From NCBI RefSeq assembly GCF_009834535.1, contig NC_045696.1, positions 103,480,001-103,544,000 of the forward strand: 64,000 nucleotides of DNA. Direction: 5' to 3'. Each line of letters opens with the position of its first letter. The first letter of the stretch is position 1. The position numbers and the translations under genes were made by a program. Under the pieces are notes generated by a model. It was not told where the DNA came from, made no database searches, and saw nothing but the letters and a program-made list of their open reading frames with translations. Below are positions 49,841-63,030 of the stretch, piece by piece. This stretch comes from Camelus ferus (Eukaryota).

Positions 49841-51521
49841 ATTAATATTGTTAAAATGGCCATACTACCCAAAGCAATCTACAGATTTAATGAGATCCCT
49901 ATCAAATTATCCAGGACATTTTTCACAGAACTAGAACCAATAACCCTAAAATTTATATGGAATCACAAAAGACCCAAAATTGCCATCTGCAATACTGAGG
50001 GAAGAGAATGAAGCTGGAGGAATAACCCTTCGAGACTTCAGACAATACTATAGAGCTATAGTAATAAAACAGCATGGTATTGGTACTAAAACTGACATAT
50101 GGATCAATGGAACAGAATAGAGAGCCCAGAAATAAACCTACAGACCTATGATCAATTAATCTTCAACAAAGGAGGCAAGAATATACAATGGAGAAAAAAC
50201 AGACTCTTCAGCAAGTGGTGTTGGGAAAGCTGGACAGCCACATGTAAATCAAACTCAAAATGGCTTAAAGACTTAGACATAAGACAAGACACAATACACC
50301 TCCTAGAAGAAAACATAGGCAAAACATTCTCTGACGTACATCTCAGCAATGTTCTCCTAGGGCAGTCTACCCAGGCAATAGAAATAAAAGCAAAAATAAA
50401 CAAATGGGACCTGATTAAACTTATAAGCTTTTGCACAGCAAAGGAAACTACAAACAAAATAAGACAACCTATGGAATGGGAGAAAGTATTTGCAAATGAT
50501 GTGACTGACATGGGCTTAATTTCCAGAATATACAAACAACTCATACAACTTAATAACAAAAAAAAAATCCAATCCAAAAATGGGTAGAAGACCTAAACAA
50601 GCAATTCTCCAATGAAGACATACAAATGGCCAATAGGCACATGAAAAAATGGTCAATATCGCTAATTATCAGAGAAATGCAAATCAAAACTACAATGAGG
50701 TATCACCTTACATCAGTCAGAATGGCCATCATTCAAAAGTCTACAAATGATAAATGCTGGAGAGGGTGTGGAGAAAAGGGGACCCTCCTACACTCCTGGT
50801 GGGAATGCAGCCATTATAGAAAACAGTATGGAGATTCCTTAAAGAACTAAAAATAAACTTACCATATGATCCAGCAATCCCACTCCTGGGCATATATCCA
50901 GAGGGAACCTTAATTCAGAAAGATACATGCACCCCAATATTTGTAGTAGCACTATCTGCAATAGCCAAGACATGGAAACAACCTAAACGTCCATCAACAG
51001 AAGACTGGATAAAGAAGTTGTGGTATATTTACACAATGTAATACCACTCAGCCATAAAAAATAATAAAATGTTACTGACAACCACATGGATGGACCTGGA
51101 GATTGTCATTCTATGTGAAGTAAGCCAGAAAGAGAAAGAAGAATACCGTAAGATATCACTTACATGTAAAATCTTAAAAAAAAAAAAAAAAAGACACAAA
51201 TGAACTTATTCACAAAACAGAAACAGACTCACAGACATTGAAAACAAACTTACGGTTACCAGGGGGAAAGGGGGTGGAAAGGGATAAATTGGGAATTTGA
51301 GATTTGCAGATACCAACTACTATATATAAAATAGATAAACAAGTTTCTACTCTATACACAGGGAACTAATTCAATACCTTGTAGTAACCTATAATGAAAA
51401 AAGAATGTGAAAAGGAATATATGTATGCATAGGTATGACTGAAACGTTATGCTGTATACCAGAAATTGAAACATTGTAAACTGACTAAACTTCAGTTAAA
51501 TAAAGGAAAAAAAAAAAAAAA
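49841..51521 (+). mobile_element. 5'-truncated LINE-1 (ORF2 C-terminal remnant, 3' UTR and poly-A), antisense to GRK7 in intron 2
   Basis: Peptides [29 protein letters not shown]...KWDLIKL and MANRHMKK...[13 protein letters not shown] are L1 ORF2. The frame is broken by frameshifts, stops and deletions. A-tail at about 51507-51521. Confidence 0.95.
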
Positions 51522-53571
51522 GGTGCTCTCTTCCTGAGGACACTGTGGTTTCCTAATTGTCAAATCCCACAAACTACATGACCACTTGGCTGCATTTGAC
51601 AGAGCTGACCACTCTCCTCCCTTAAATCCTCTTCTCCTTTGGCTCCTCTGGCAGAGGCTGCCAGTTACTGCTCCACATCCTGCCTTTCTCCTTCCTTACT
51701 AATGAGAACTCCTTTCTCCTCAAAAAAAAAAAAAAAAAAAAAAAAAAAATTAAGTCATTTATCAGCTTCCCCTGCAGATAGGATGGCCAGATAACATTTC
51801 TAGACAATGAAATTTAAATGGGAGCTGTCAGATGGGCTTTCTAGGGAAGCTCCTTAAAGGAAGACATATTCAGTCATTGTGTGCATACCCATTTACTCCT
51901 GATCCTTCCTCCTTTCTCCTGCCTAGAACATGGACATGATGGCTGGGGCTAGAGCAGCCATCTTGCAACACACAGGAAAGGTCAAAATCACAGAGATGTC
52001 AATCCCATCATCCTGTAGCTACAGAATGAATGCCAGCTGTGCTCATTTCCACACTGTTTGTTACATAAGAAAAATAACTCCCTCTCTTGTTCAATCTAGT
52101 GTTATTTTGGTTTTCTATGATATGCTGCTGATATCAACCCTGAACTGATACAGCTCCCATGACTATGCCACTCTCGCCCTACTTCTTTAACGTCTTCAAG
52201 GGCCCTCTTCTTCCATACCCCCTACATGTTGATGTCCCTGGTCCTCTTCCTCCACTGTTTCCCAAATGACCCAGTGGTGTCCACTGTTTCTCAAGCCACA
52301 ATGACTCCCAATCACGATGTCTAGCCTAGGCCTTTCTCCACAGCACCAGACTTTAGATCTAAATGTCCACCTGCCTGTCACACAGGAACCTCAATACAAT
52401 ACAGTCACAATTAAACTTGCCAGCCTTCCCAAAATTCTGCTCCTCCTTCTAGTCACTGGAGCTAGAGAGCCTCCCCGTCCCTCACCCTCATACCAAGCTG
52501 GCCCTGAAGTCCCATCAGGTCTCTTTCCAACTGCTCGAATTTACTCCCACTTTTTCAAGCCTACTGTCTTATACAGGCCCCATCATCTCTTCCTGGGCCA
52601 CTACCTAAGCCTCCTAACTAGCGCCTCAGCCTCCCATCTACAACCCAAATTGATTCAAAAATGCAAATCTAATCATGTCATTCCCTTTCTTAAAACCCTT
52701 CAACAGCTCCTTGTCCCTCACAAGAGAGAATTCCAATGCCTTTGCATGATCTGAGCCCTACGATCTTGTCAAAACACCCCTTACTTTATAGCCACATAAA
52801 ATCATCTTCAGTTTCCCAGACTTGCCCTGATTTCCCCCGCTTCCTTATCTGATTGTCCTCTCTGCCTTATAAGCTGGAAACTGTGCAAAAACAAAGTTTT
52901 AAGAGAAAATTTAGGACCCTGACTTGAGCCCTTGCCTTCCTGGGAATTCTCCCACCTTTGTGCCCAGAAACTGAGTGGTAAAGACATGTCAGAATTCGAG
53001 AGATTGTGTATTATTCACTTAACATGATTGCTTAATTATAATTCTCTTTTAATCAAAGAATTCTCTGCAAGTCACTTTGAACCAAATTGATCAAAATAAA
53101 CATCAGTTGCCTTTGTTCTCTTGTATATATTTTTTCATTTAAAATTTCACCTTTGTCCAGAGTAAAACATTCCCCCATTCCATGCTCAACAGGGAAGGAG
53201 ATATTTGCTATAATGTGCTAAGTGCTGGGGGATTCTTCTTTTTCTTATCCTGTGAATTTTTACCTCCTAGAATCTTGGAATTTTAGGGTCCAGCCCCTAT
53301 AATTTTCCAGAAGAGGAAACCAAGGCTCTATGGACTCAGGAACATGGCACCAGAGAGTTGGTTATTGGCAGGACCTACCTAGGTCCCAGCTGTGAATTCA
53401 CTGTGAAGGCACAGACCATCTCTAACTCACAAAGTAGGATCCCATATGCTTCCGATGAGAGAAGAACAAAGTAGCCCCCAAAGAACCAGTTAAGCTAATC
53501 CTCTTATACCACTCTACTTAAAGCAAGATGACAGCATAAGGGCTTTAGGTACAAGGAAATTAGAAGCATTA

Positions 53572-54189
<618 letters not shown>

Positions 54190-54267
54190 TCAACCAAGGT
54201 GGGACGGCAGGCTTCTGAGAAAAGAGATGCTGTGAGTAAGAAAGCTTCTTTGAGAAAGAGCTGGGAC

Positions 54268-55040
54268 CACAATGAGATATCACTTCGTCCCCCCACTAGG
54301 TGGGCCATAATACAAAAAAAAGAATGAAAAATACTAGTGCTGGCAAGGATGTGGAGAAATTGAGACCCTCATGCATTGCTGGTGGTAAAACATGGAAGAG
54401 TTTGGTGATTCCTTAAAAAGTTAAACATACAATTGCCTTAAGATCCAGCAATTCTACTCCTAGGCATATACAAAAGAGAAATGAAGACAGGTATTCAAAC
54501 AAATACTTACACATAAATGTTCACAGCAGCACTATTCACAATAGCCAAAAGGTAGAAACAACCCAACTATCCATCAATAGATAACAGATAAATGAAATGT
54601 ATGCACACATACAATATATATATACATGTGACCTGCATATAACATACAATGGAATGTTATTTAGCCCTAAAAAGGAACGAAATACTGATACGTGCTACAA
54701 CATGAATGAAACTTCAAAACATTATGCTCAGGGAAAGAAGCCAGACACAAAAGGTCACATATTGTAGGTCACTCCATTTATGTGAAAAATCAAAATAGGC
54801 AAATCCACAGGGACAGAAAGCAGCCCAGTGGTTGCTAGGGGATGGGAGCAGGGGGGAATGAGGAGTAACTGTTAATGAGTTCAGGGTTAATGAAAATATC
54901 TTCTAACTAGATAGAGGTGATGGTTGCACAACACTGTATTGAACTAAATGCTATTAAGTTGTACACTTTACAGTGATTAACAGTTAATTTTATGTTATGT
55001 GAATTTTAACACAAAGAATTTTTTTTCTACTTTAAAAAAG
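54268..55040 (+). mobile_element. Old L1 (L1MB-like) 3' region in GRK7 intron 1
   Basis: ACAATGAGATATCAC, GATCCAGCAATTCTACTCCTAGG, CAGCAGCACTATTCACAATAGCCAAAAGG, GGTGATGGTTGCACAAC. Confidence 0.85.
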
Positions 55041-55413
55041 AAAGAATTGAGCACAGCCGTGGTGCAAAAACAGATTCTAGGCTTTACCTCAAGGTGTTTT
55101 CTTAACTGAAGATTTTCTCAAATTAGCTCCATTGCCCCAATGAAGGGAAAAGGGAGATCTCCCATCGCATGTTCCTACCATTCTCCAAAGGGGCATCTCA
55201 GCGTGTTCCTGCCCGGTGTAGACCCCACCATCAAGATTCTCGGCCAGTTCCACCTTTTGTTGGCTTTTCTTATGACATTAGAGTTTTATATCACATGGTG
55301 ACCAGAAAGAAGAGGTGAGAGCAAGCTAGGAAAGCTTTCTCCACATGTGGCACTGAAATTAGTTCTTTAATTTCAAAGTAAGTTCGAAAGTAAGTAAGTT
55401 CGAAAGTAAGAAA

Positions 55414-55477
55414 GGAAGGAAGGAAGGAAGGAAGGAAGGAAGGAAGGAAGGAAGGAAGGAAGGAAGGAAGGAAGGAA
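55414..55477. repeat. (GGAA)16 microsatellite in GRK7 intron 1
   Basis: Sixteen perfect units, ending about 67 nt from the exon 1 donor. Confidence 0.95.
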
Positions 55478-55544
55478 GAGGCAAAACAGAACTCTATTAT
55501 GCTGTATATTTTATCTTCCAGCCTGGCTATTCTGAGATACTTAC

Positions 55545-56156
55545 CTCCCCAAAACCACCTTTGCCCAGAACACGGAACTCTTCGAAGTACTTTTCTGACA
55601 CCGGTTGCATCTCAAAGACTTTCCACTGCAGAAACTTGTCATAGAGGGGGCTGGCCAGGAACTCTCGGAAGGGCTGGTCCTGCAAAAAGGCCATGGCCTC
55701 GGCCTTGGCCAGCTCCACCAGGGAGGCCCTCTCTTCCTCGGTGGCGGCTGCTTTGCACTTGGTGACCAGAGCAGGGCTGAGGAAGGGGTGTGGCTGCTCG
55801 GGGGCTGGGGGAGCCGCGCAAGTGGCCACCAGCCCCTGCAGCATGCTGCCCTTGGCGGGGCCCTCCTCGGCCAGCTCCCAGCTCTGCACCTCCTCCAGGA
55901 AGCCCATGGCCTCCTGGTACGCGGGCACCGTGGCGAGGAAGTCCCGGAAGAGGCGGCGGCCGATGGGCTGCTGTTCGCACAGGCTGTGGAAGTCGGCGGG
56001 CAGCGCCTGGCGGAGCTGCTCGCAGCTCTGCGGCCCGGGCAGCATCAGGCTCCGGCGCCGGCGCTGCAGCTCCTTGCTGTCGGCGTCTGAGGTCTTCCGG
56101 GCCTGCAGGTAGGCCGTGTTGGCGATCAGGTTGTCCAGGCCCCCCATGTCGACCAT
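55545..56156 (-). CDS. GRK7: GRK7 coding exon 1 (aa 1-204): N-terminal helix, RGS-homology domain, start of kinase domain
   Basis: Translation MVDMGGLDNLIANTAYLQAR...QRRRRSL...FRVLGKGGFGE is the GRK1/7-type N-terminus and glycine-rich loop. The ATG is in a strong Kozak context (GCCATGG). Length 612 nt, phase 0, followed by donor GAG|GTAAGT at 55544-55539. Confidence 0.97.
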
Positions 56157-56330
56157 GGCTGAGCACCGAACGTGCTCTCCCGGCAAAGAAAAGGAAGGCA
56201 AAGAAAAGGAAGGCTGGTGGGCGATGGCGGGGACGCGGTCAGGCCTGCGGCCAGCCGGCTGCTTCCCTGTTCCGAGGTTCAGTAACTTCCAGGGGATTTA
56301 CAGCGAGTCTTCTGGTCGCGGGTGGGACTG
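55640..56330. promoter_or_regulatory. CpG-rich island over GRK7 first coding exon and 5' UTR
   Basis: GC content and CpG density are visibly much higher than in the flanks (e.g. 56021-56090). Confidence 0.7.
56157..56327 (-). other. GRK7: Probable 5' UTR part of the first coding exon, preceded by a candidate splice acceptor
   Basis: Minus strand reads CCTCTTTCCTCACCCTCCACCAG|TCC with AG at 56329-56328. There is no upstream ATG between this site and the start codon. Confidence 0.45.
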
Positions 56331-57955
56331 GTGGAGGGTGAGGAAAGAGGTTTCTCTTGTAAGAAGCTTTGCTGGCTATGTATAGCCGGGAAGGGCACAT
56401 CACAGGTCACCCACCGGGGTGAAGGCAGCCTGAAACTCCTGCCGGGTCTACCGGTCCATGATGGAGCCTTTCTCCCTACGCACCTGCTCCCTGAGTCCAC
56501 CGCTACCAATTTCCAAAGGAAAGGAGTCACAATGAGGTGGTGCACGCTTTGTTGCTGACAGTGGTGTTTTCAATTGAGTCTAATTTTATGTGTTTGCCAG
56601 CCGATACAAGCTCTGTAAACTCCTAGGAATGACAGGTCAGAAGAGGAACTTTGAAAAGCTGGAGAGGTTTTCTTCCTCATGTCTAGCAGCCTGACACAGA
56701 GCAGTTACAGGACAGGGTGCTCTGAGCGGTGAGTCCCAAGACTTGTTCCCAGAGACCCTTGGGGACCCAGGTCGTGGTTCTCAGAGGGGGCTGTGGCTCT
56801 GAAGCCACAGATCCTCCAGCCATGGCCTTCTTAGTTCTGAGGAGTCTGTGACCTAAAGTTAAATGGGTGGGGGAGGGGGTCACCTTGGCCCCCCCCCCCA
56901 AAACGCCAAAAAACATCCGGGGAAGTTACATCAGCAGGAAGAGCACCCCACTGCACAGCACGTGGTGGAGACTGTTCCAAGGGCACAAGCCTAACAAGGG
57001 GAATCTGAAGGCGAAGGAGCCACACGTGTGTGGAGACACCAAGCAGTGAAATTCCAGGCGCAGCCCCCCTCCGCATGTCAGCCCAGGCTCCCTCCCGAAG
57101 CCGAGAAGCGTCCCTCCAGGAGAGATCGCTCAGAGCCGCCCCAGACCGCGACCTCACAAAGTACAGAAATTGGTTTAGACAGAGATCAGGCTAAGAATCT
57201 CTGCTCCAAAAATAACACTTGTGTCCTCCAGGGAAAGAATACTCAGGCTTTTTCTACACAAAGCAAGGCTCAGGGAGCTTAAAAACAAAGTCATTCAATC
57301 TTACGCCAGAGTGTTTAAAAGGAAAAAAGAGTGGAAGGAGAGGGAAAAAAAAAAAAAAAAAAAAAAACCCCAAAAAGCTGGTCAGTCTTTTTCCAAGCAA
57401 ACAACCTCCAGCACACACTCTGTCCAAACATCATCATGACGGCCATGGTCTGCCTGACAGAGCCGGCCGGCCATCCTCTGGGAGATACACACTTGGCCTC
57501 ACGGCTACCAAGAATTATGTAATGAACTCGTGGGTGCCCTTTGGCTTTGCCCTGCTGCGCAGTAAATCATCAGCCCAGTGGCAGAGATGGGGGCTCTGCA
57601 CGAGTGACCACTGCTCGGAACCATGCCATCTGCTTTGAAATCCACACAAGAAATGTTGGTCCTTTTTTTTTTTTTTTTTTTTTGGTTCTTGATATGTCAT
57701 CCTGGGGCCCACATTTCCGAGTAAAAATCAGTCTGAGACTCTCTCCCGAGGAGGAAGTGCCTTTTCCCGTGGTTCTTATGAATACAGTGGCAATCCAACA
57801 GGGCAGAACTTTGAGAAAATGGTAGAATTGTCATCACATCACTATTTAACCTTATTGGTGAAAAAAGAACATTTTTCACTGATGACTGCTACAAACTGCT
57901 TGATTCCACTCACACTGATGGATACTTTATTTTACCCCTGGGTAATCACTTAACC

Positions 57956-58279
57956 CAGCACTGTGCAATAGACACGTGCAAAGCTACATACGGAATTTCA
58001 GATTTTCTAGCAACCACATTGAAAAGAGAAAAAGAAACAAGTGAAATTAACTTTAATAATATATTTTACTTGGCCCAACATATGCAAAACGGTCTCATTT
58101 CAACATGTAATTGATAGAAAAATTGCTAAGGGGATATTTTACATCCTTTTTGTTTGTGTGCCCTGAGTTTTCCAAATCTGCTTTGTATTTTACTTACCAC
58201 ACCTCTCAATTCAAACCAGCCACATTTCAAATGCTCAGCAGCCACATGTGGCCAGTGGCTACCTTGGTGGACAGCACAG
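57956..58279. mobile_element. MER33/Charlie1-type hAT element
   Basis: CAGCACTGTGCAATAG ... GCCACATGTGGCCAGTGGCTACCTTGGTGGACAGCACAG. Similar to 1376-1790. Confidence 0.8.
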
Positions 58280-60737
58280 ACTTAGCCCTTCTTTTTGTAG
58301 CTTTGTCATTCATAAATAGGAGGAACTTTTTCTTCTGTTTTGTTTTCTAATCAGTCATACCACAGATCATCTGGGTAAAAACACTCACTCCCTTAGTAAT
58401 TAAAGATGATCTAACTGATGAGAACAGAGTTTAGGTAATATTTGAACACAAAGTCTAGAAGTTATGTTTTTATGTTGACTGCTGGCAATTTTAAACAGAG
58501 TACCATTATTTTTAATGTTTTACCTGCCTGAAAAAGAAAGAGATCTATTTAAAATGGAACACTTTATTTGATTCACTAACAATTAGGGTTCAGGGCTTTT
58601 CCCAACTTAATGAAATAATAATTGTAGATCCAATGAAGAAATAACTACTGAATCCTTAGGTTAGAAGCAGAACTAAGTGCTGGGCACATTCAGGATATCC
58701 TATACCACTGGGGAAAAGTATCAGAAGTCTTGGATTGGAGATGTGGCCCTACGTTTACAAGCACTAACTCCAGCACTGCTTAGGAAAGTGAATTCTGGCT
58801 CTAGCAAGTCCTAGCTGTGTGACTTTAGCAAGTTACTTAACTTCTCTGAGCCTCAGTATAATTATGGGAAAATAGAGAAAATCAGTGTTGATTCTTGAGT
58901 AAGTCCTTGGGAGAGTTAAATGCCAAATAGTGCCTGGCACAAAGAAGTGATCAAAAAGCATTAACTTTTAAATAGTGACTATCAATCATCAAACCCTGAT
59001 TCAGAATTATGCTTTTCTTATATGCATATTGGAGGCAGGAGAGAACTAGGCCAAGCGGTAGAAGGTGGGTTCTGACGTCCCATGCCCAGCTAGCGCAGAG
59101 CTGCCAACTCAGGGTCTCACGTGACTCTGGAAAGCTGTGGGGCCTGGTGGAGCTGGAAGACAGGGAGGTCACACTCATCAAGTGACATGAAAGATTTGTA
59201 ACAACAAGCTATTGCAACCAAGCAATTTACTATATGCTGCCATAAAAAAAGATGACCAAACTCTGTCATGTGAAAAGCAGAGATATTTCACTTTGAAAGA
59301 AAAAGCAACTGTGATAATAGAAAAAAAAAAAACACCCCAAAAACGAAAATATCTTTGTATCTTTTAGGACTAATTCTGTAACCTAAAGAAAAGGAAAAAT
59401 GCTCTTTACTCAGGTCTTCCATTGCATTTTGCCTCGTGTGGTTTAAAGCATTATTGATGACATGTATGCTTTTAAATTTTAAAATGCTCTGATGTCATAC
59501 AACACTTAAAACATAAGGACCATAAAAAAGGAGTTTAAGTTACTGATTAGTAATTGAGTCCTGGTTTGTTTCTCTTTCTAAGGATTTTTAATTTTGAAAA
59601 TACCCCTATGATAAGGTTAATGTAAAGCTAGGTCTCTAAGGAAGAATATGACCATCCTTTATACTGCACAATTCTCTGCATGGTCCAATAGCCCATCTTT
59701 TTGAGGTTCAAGAATTATGAAATAATGTAGCTTGATACTGTGTGATCTCAGAAGCAGAAGCTATGTTGAAATGTGTAAGTTCTGAAGCAGACCAATATGT
59801 CAGCATTAGGATACCCAAAGAGTCTGAATTATTCTTTTACTTCTGATTTAAATTGGCTCACAGTGAAGATTTTGCTTTTTTCGTTCAGTAGCAGCCGTCT
59901 ACTGGAAGAAAAAGCAAAAGGGTCTTTATCTTTCCAACAACAGCTGACCGCACTGCACATTTTAATAATCTAAAGAAATCAAGTGTATCCTTTGTTGGTT
60001 AAAACATGTTGACACTAAACAGAGAAGAGGTGGAGCTAGATGAGTTTTAGACTGTTGTTTCAATGTGATCGTAGTTTTCTCACAGAAATTCAGTTTCCAA
60101 GCAGTTTGTCTTTTCTATTGAAATATTGAATAGTAAGACCAGTTGGTGGTCCTGCTAGATTTTCTTCAACAGAATTCTACAGATAATTAAGGTTTTCTTA
60201 GTGAAATTAGAAAGGAGTGATACACAAGTTATTTTCGGAGAACTAAGTATAAACATCATATAAGGGATAAAATCACCATTTTATCACACCATTTTTGGAG
60301 ATCTTTTTGTTACAGAAAACCCCAAATGTGCATAAAAGTAGTGAGAATAATAAAATAAACTCCCATACACTCATCCAATTTTGTTAAAAGCATTATTAGC
60401 ATTTGCCAATTTTCTTTCATCCAACTTTCATCCAACACACCCACTCATTTTTTGTTTTGTTTTGTTTTAAAGACTTAATTTTTTGAGAGTAGTTTTAGAT
60501 TCACAGAAATATTGAGAAGGTAGAGATTCCCATCTATTCTCTGTCCCCACACATGCACAGCCTCCCATATTATCAACATCCCCCAACCAGGTACTTTTCT
60601 TACCATTCATAAACCTACATTGACATATCATCATAATCATCCAAAGTTCACAATTTACATTAGGATTCCCCCTTCTCTCTTGCTCTCTCTCCTCTTTTCT
60701 TTCTTTCTTTTTTTTTTTTTTTGCTGGAATATTTTAA

Positions 60738-60880
60738 TTTTTTAAATTCTTTTTTTGGAGAGGGGAGAGATAGTTAGATTTACTTACTTATTTATGTTTA
60801 GAGGAGGTACTGGGGATTGAACCCATGACTTTGTTTATGCTAAGCACACACTCTACCACTTGAGCTATACACTCCCCTGC
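60738..60880 (-). mobile_element. Vic-1-type SINE
   Basis: Reverse-complement head. TSD TGCTGGA(A/G)TATTTTAA at 60722-60737 and 60881-60896. Confidence 0.92.
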
Positions 60881-62918
60881 TGCTGGAGTATTTTAAAGAA
60901 AGTCCCAAGTCTACATTTGTAAATAATTTGGTCTCTGTCCTAACAACAATGGGAGGCTAGAGTTTTTAGCCATGGTTATATTTGTGTTTTTAAAAAGATC
61001 TCACTGGCTGCTGTGTGGTGAAGAGAGTGGGGGCAGGGAGTCTGGGGGCAGGGAGTCCAGGGGAGGCAACCTCGGCAGCCCAGTGAGTGGCAGTCACGGT
61101 GGCAGTAGAGATGGGACAAAGCAGAACGAGCCTCAATCTGTTCAGAAGGCAAAATGGACAGGAGATGGGGAGACAGCGGGTGAGGAAGAGGAGATGACTT
61201 CTCCCTGCAATAGAAGGACTTTGGCTGTGACGAGAGAGAAACGATGGGGGGTGGGTGTGCTGAAGGGGATGTGGGGGAGAGGGAAAAAATGAACAGTAGT
61301 GTCTTCTGCATGGGAATAGCTGATAAAGACCCAGTGTAGAAGCCAAAGTTATAGTATGAGAATAAATGCATAGGATTCCTGAGAAGACAGGGGGAGTTCA
61401 AAGCACAGGTGAAGGATTTTAGGATGAAGGACTGATCAGAACAAGATAGAAGGAGGGTGGGTCTGGGTACTGGGGTTTTATGTTTGGTAGCTCCATTTAA
61501 CATACTTACCATGGTACCATGTGGTTAAAAGTCATCATAGAGGCAAGTACCAAATCCAACAGGAGCATTGAGGAGGGAGCAATTCATTTTATAGCTTTCA
61601 GGAAATGTCAGTTTAAACCAAGAATTTTATTATTAATTTCAAACATTATCTAACAGTCACAGACTCAGAGTTAAATATAATATAAATGACCTTAGTGTTG
61701 ACCTGGTCTAAGCTCTCACTGTACATAAAGAAAACAGACCAGAAAAAAAACCCCAAAGCCAAAAACAAAACAGGTGCTAGATTTGGACTAGGAACTTGGG
61801 GGTCCTACCTTCCAGTCTAGGGCTTTTTTCACTCTGCACTGTCTTCGTGGCACAGAGAAGCTATGGGGTCAAAAGAATCCAGTCTGGACTGGAAGACGCT
61901 AGGGTTGTGTTTAGAAACGATTCTTGGGCTTTGTTTCCTGTCAAAATGGCAGATTTTCTAGTTCTAGGGCTTCCATGGTGTCACGGTATAACAGTAAGCA
62001 TTTAGCTCAGTTCTGTTCCGACTGACAGTGAAACAGTTACTGTGCATCTGAAGGAAAAACCCTTTTGTCTACAGAAATCCTGACCTTCTTGAAAAGCCAT
62101 ACCAAAAAATTGTACTTTTGAGGCTACTCAAAACAGAAGAAGTTGCAAATACTTTAATGAGGCCCAAAGAATCTGCAGACCATTTTAAAGTCTCTTGTTT
62201 TTATCCTAAATTAAATTCATAAATATTGAACCTTAGGATCCATAATCTGGTATAACATCAACATCTTCCTCTCTGAACAAGTCTCTAATTATTTTAATAA
62301 TGACTATGCACTCATAAAAGAGGGTATTCTTCTTAAACAAGGAGCCACGGTAGCTGAGAGAGAAAATTAAGCCATTGGTTCATTTGAAGCACATAGAAAA
62401 TACTTCCTGATAGGGGTTCCATTTGGAAGTGGATCACGGCAGATGTACAGAAGAAAAGGACTGTATGTGTTCACACAATGAGATTTTAAACAACTCTCCA
62501 AGAAGTAAAGAGATTTTATTACAGAGATTATTAGAGGAGACGAAACAAGTGTAATGTTAACAAAGAAAAAACAAAATAACATCCACAAAACATATTTTTG
62601 ATATGTGGAGGAAATGGTATCGCCAGGAAAAAGTTCCGGGGGGTTATAAAGAAGAATGAAACAAGGGAATAAAAGTGAAAGTTATTTTTGGTAGAACATA
62701 AGAGACTGTATTTGGAATGATGAAGCGTTAAGTTTTTGTTACAAATTTTGTTAAGTCTGCTTCTAAAATATTTCCTTTTTTCCTGGTCAGTAAAGAATAA
62801 AAATAATGGTGAGTTGAGAGAATAAGAGGATTGTAAGGAAAGGTGAACCACTCAAGCATTAGACCCCAGCTCCGTGTCCACTGGTAAGGTGGGAGGGTTC
62901 TGTTAACGATATTTTAGT

Positions 62919-63030
62919 GGGGAGGGTATAGCTTAGTGGTAGAGTGTGTGCCTCACATGCACAAGGTCCTCAGTTCAATCCCCAGCACCTCCACTAAAAA
63001 TTAAATAAAAAAGATTAACTACCCCCCAAA
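62919..63030 (+). mobile_element. Vic-1-type SINE
   Basis: GGGGAGGGTATAGCTTAGTGGTAGAG...GTTCAATCCCCAG. TSD ATATTTTA at 62909-62916 and 63031-63038. Confidence 0.88.

Noticed and set aside
50099..50850. 162-aa and 74-aa ORFs as host genes or an active element
   Set aside because: They are fragments of a 5'-truncated, frameshifted L1 ORF2.
56157..56201. N-terminal extension MPSFSLPGEHVRCSA in the ORF track
   Set aside because: It begins at a TTG. The conserved GRK7 N-terminus starts at the strong-Kozak ATG at 56156.
55605..56385. Several overlapping or antisense ORFs over GRK7 exon 1 (and 53881-54327 over exon 2)
   Set aside because: These are shadows expected from GC-rich, stop-poor coding sequence.
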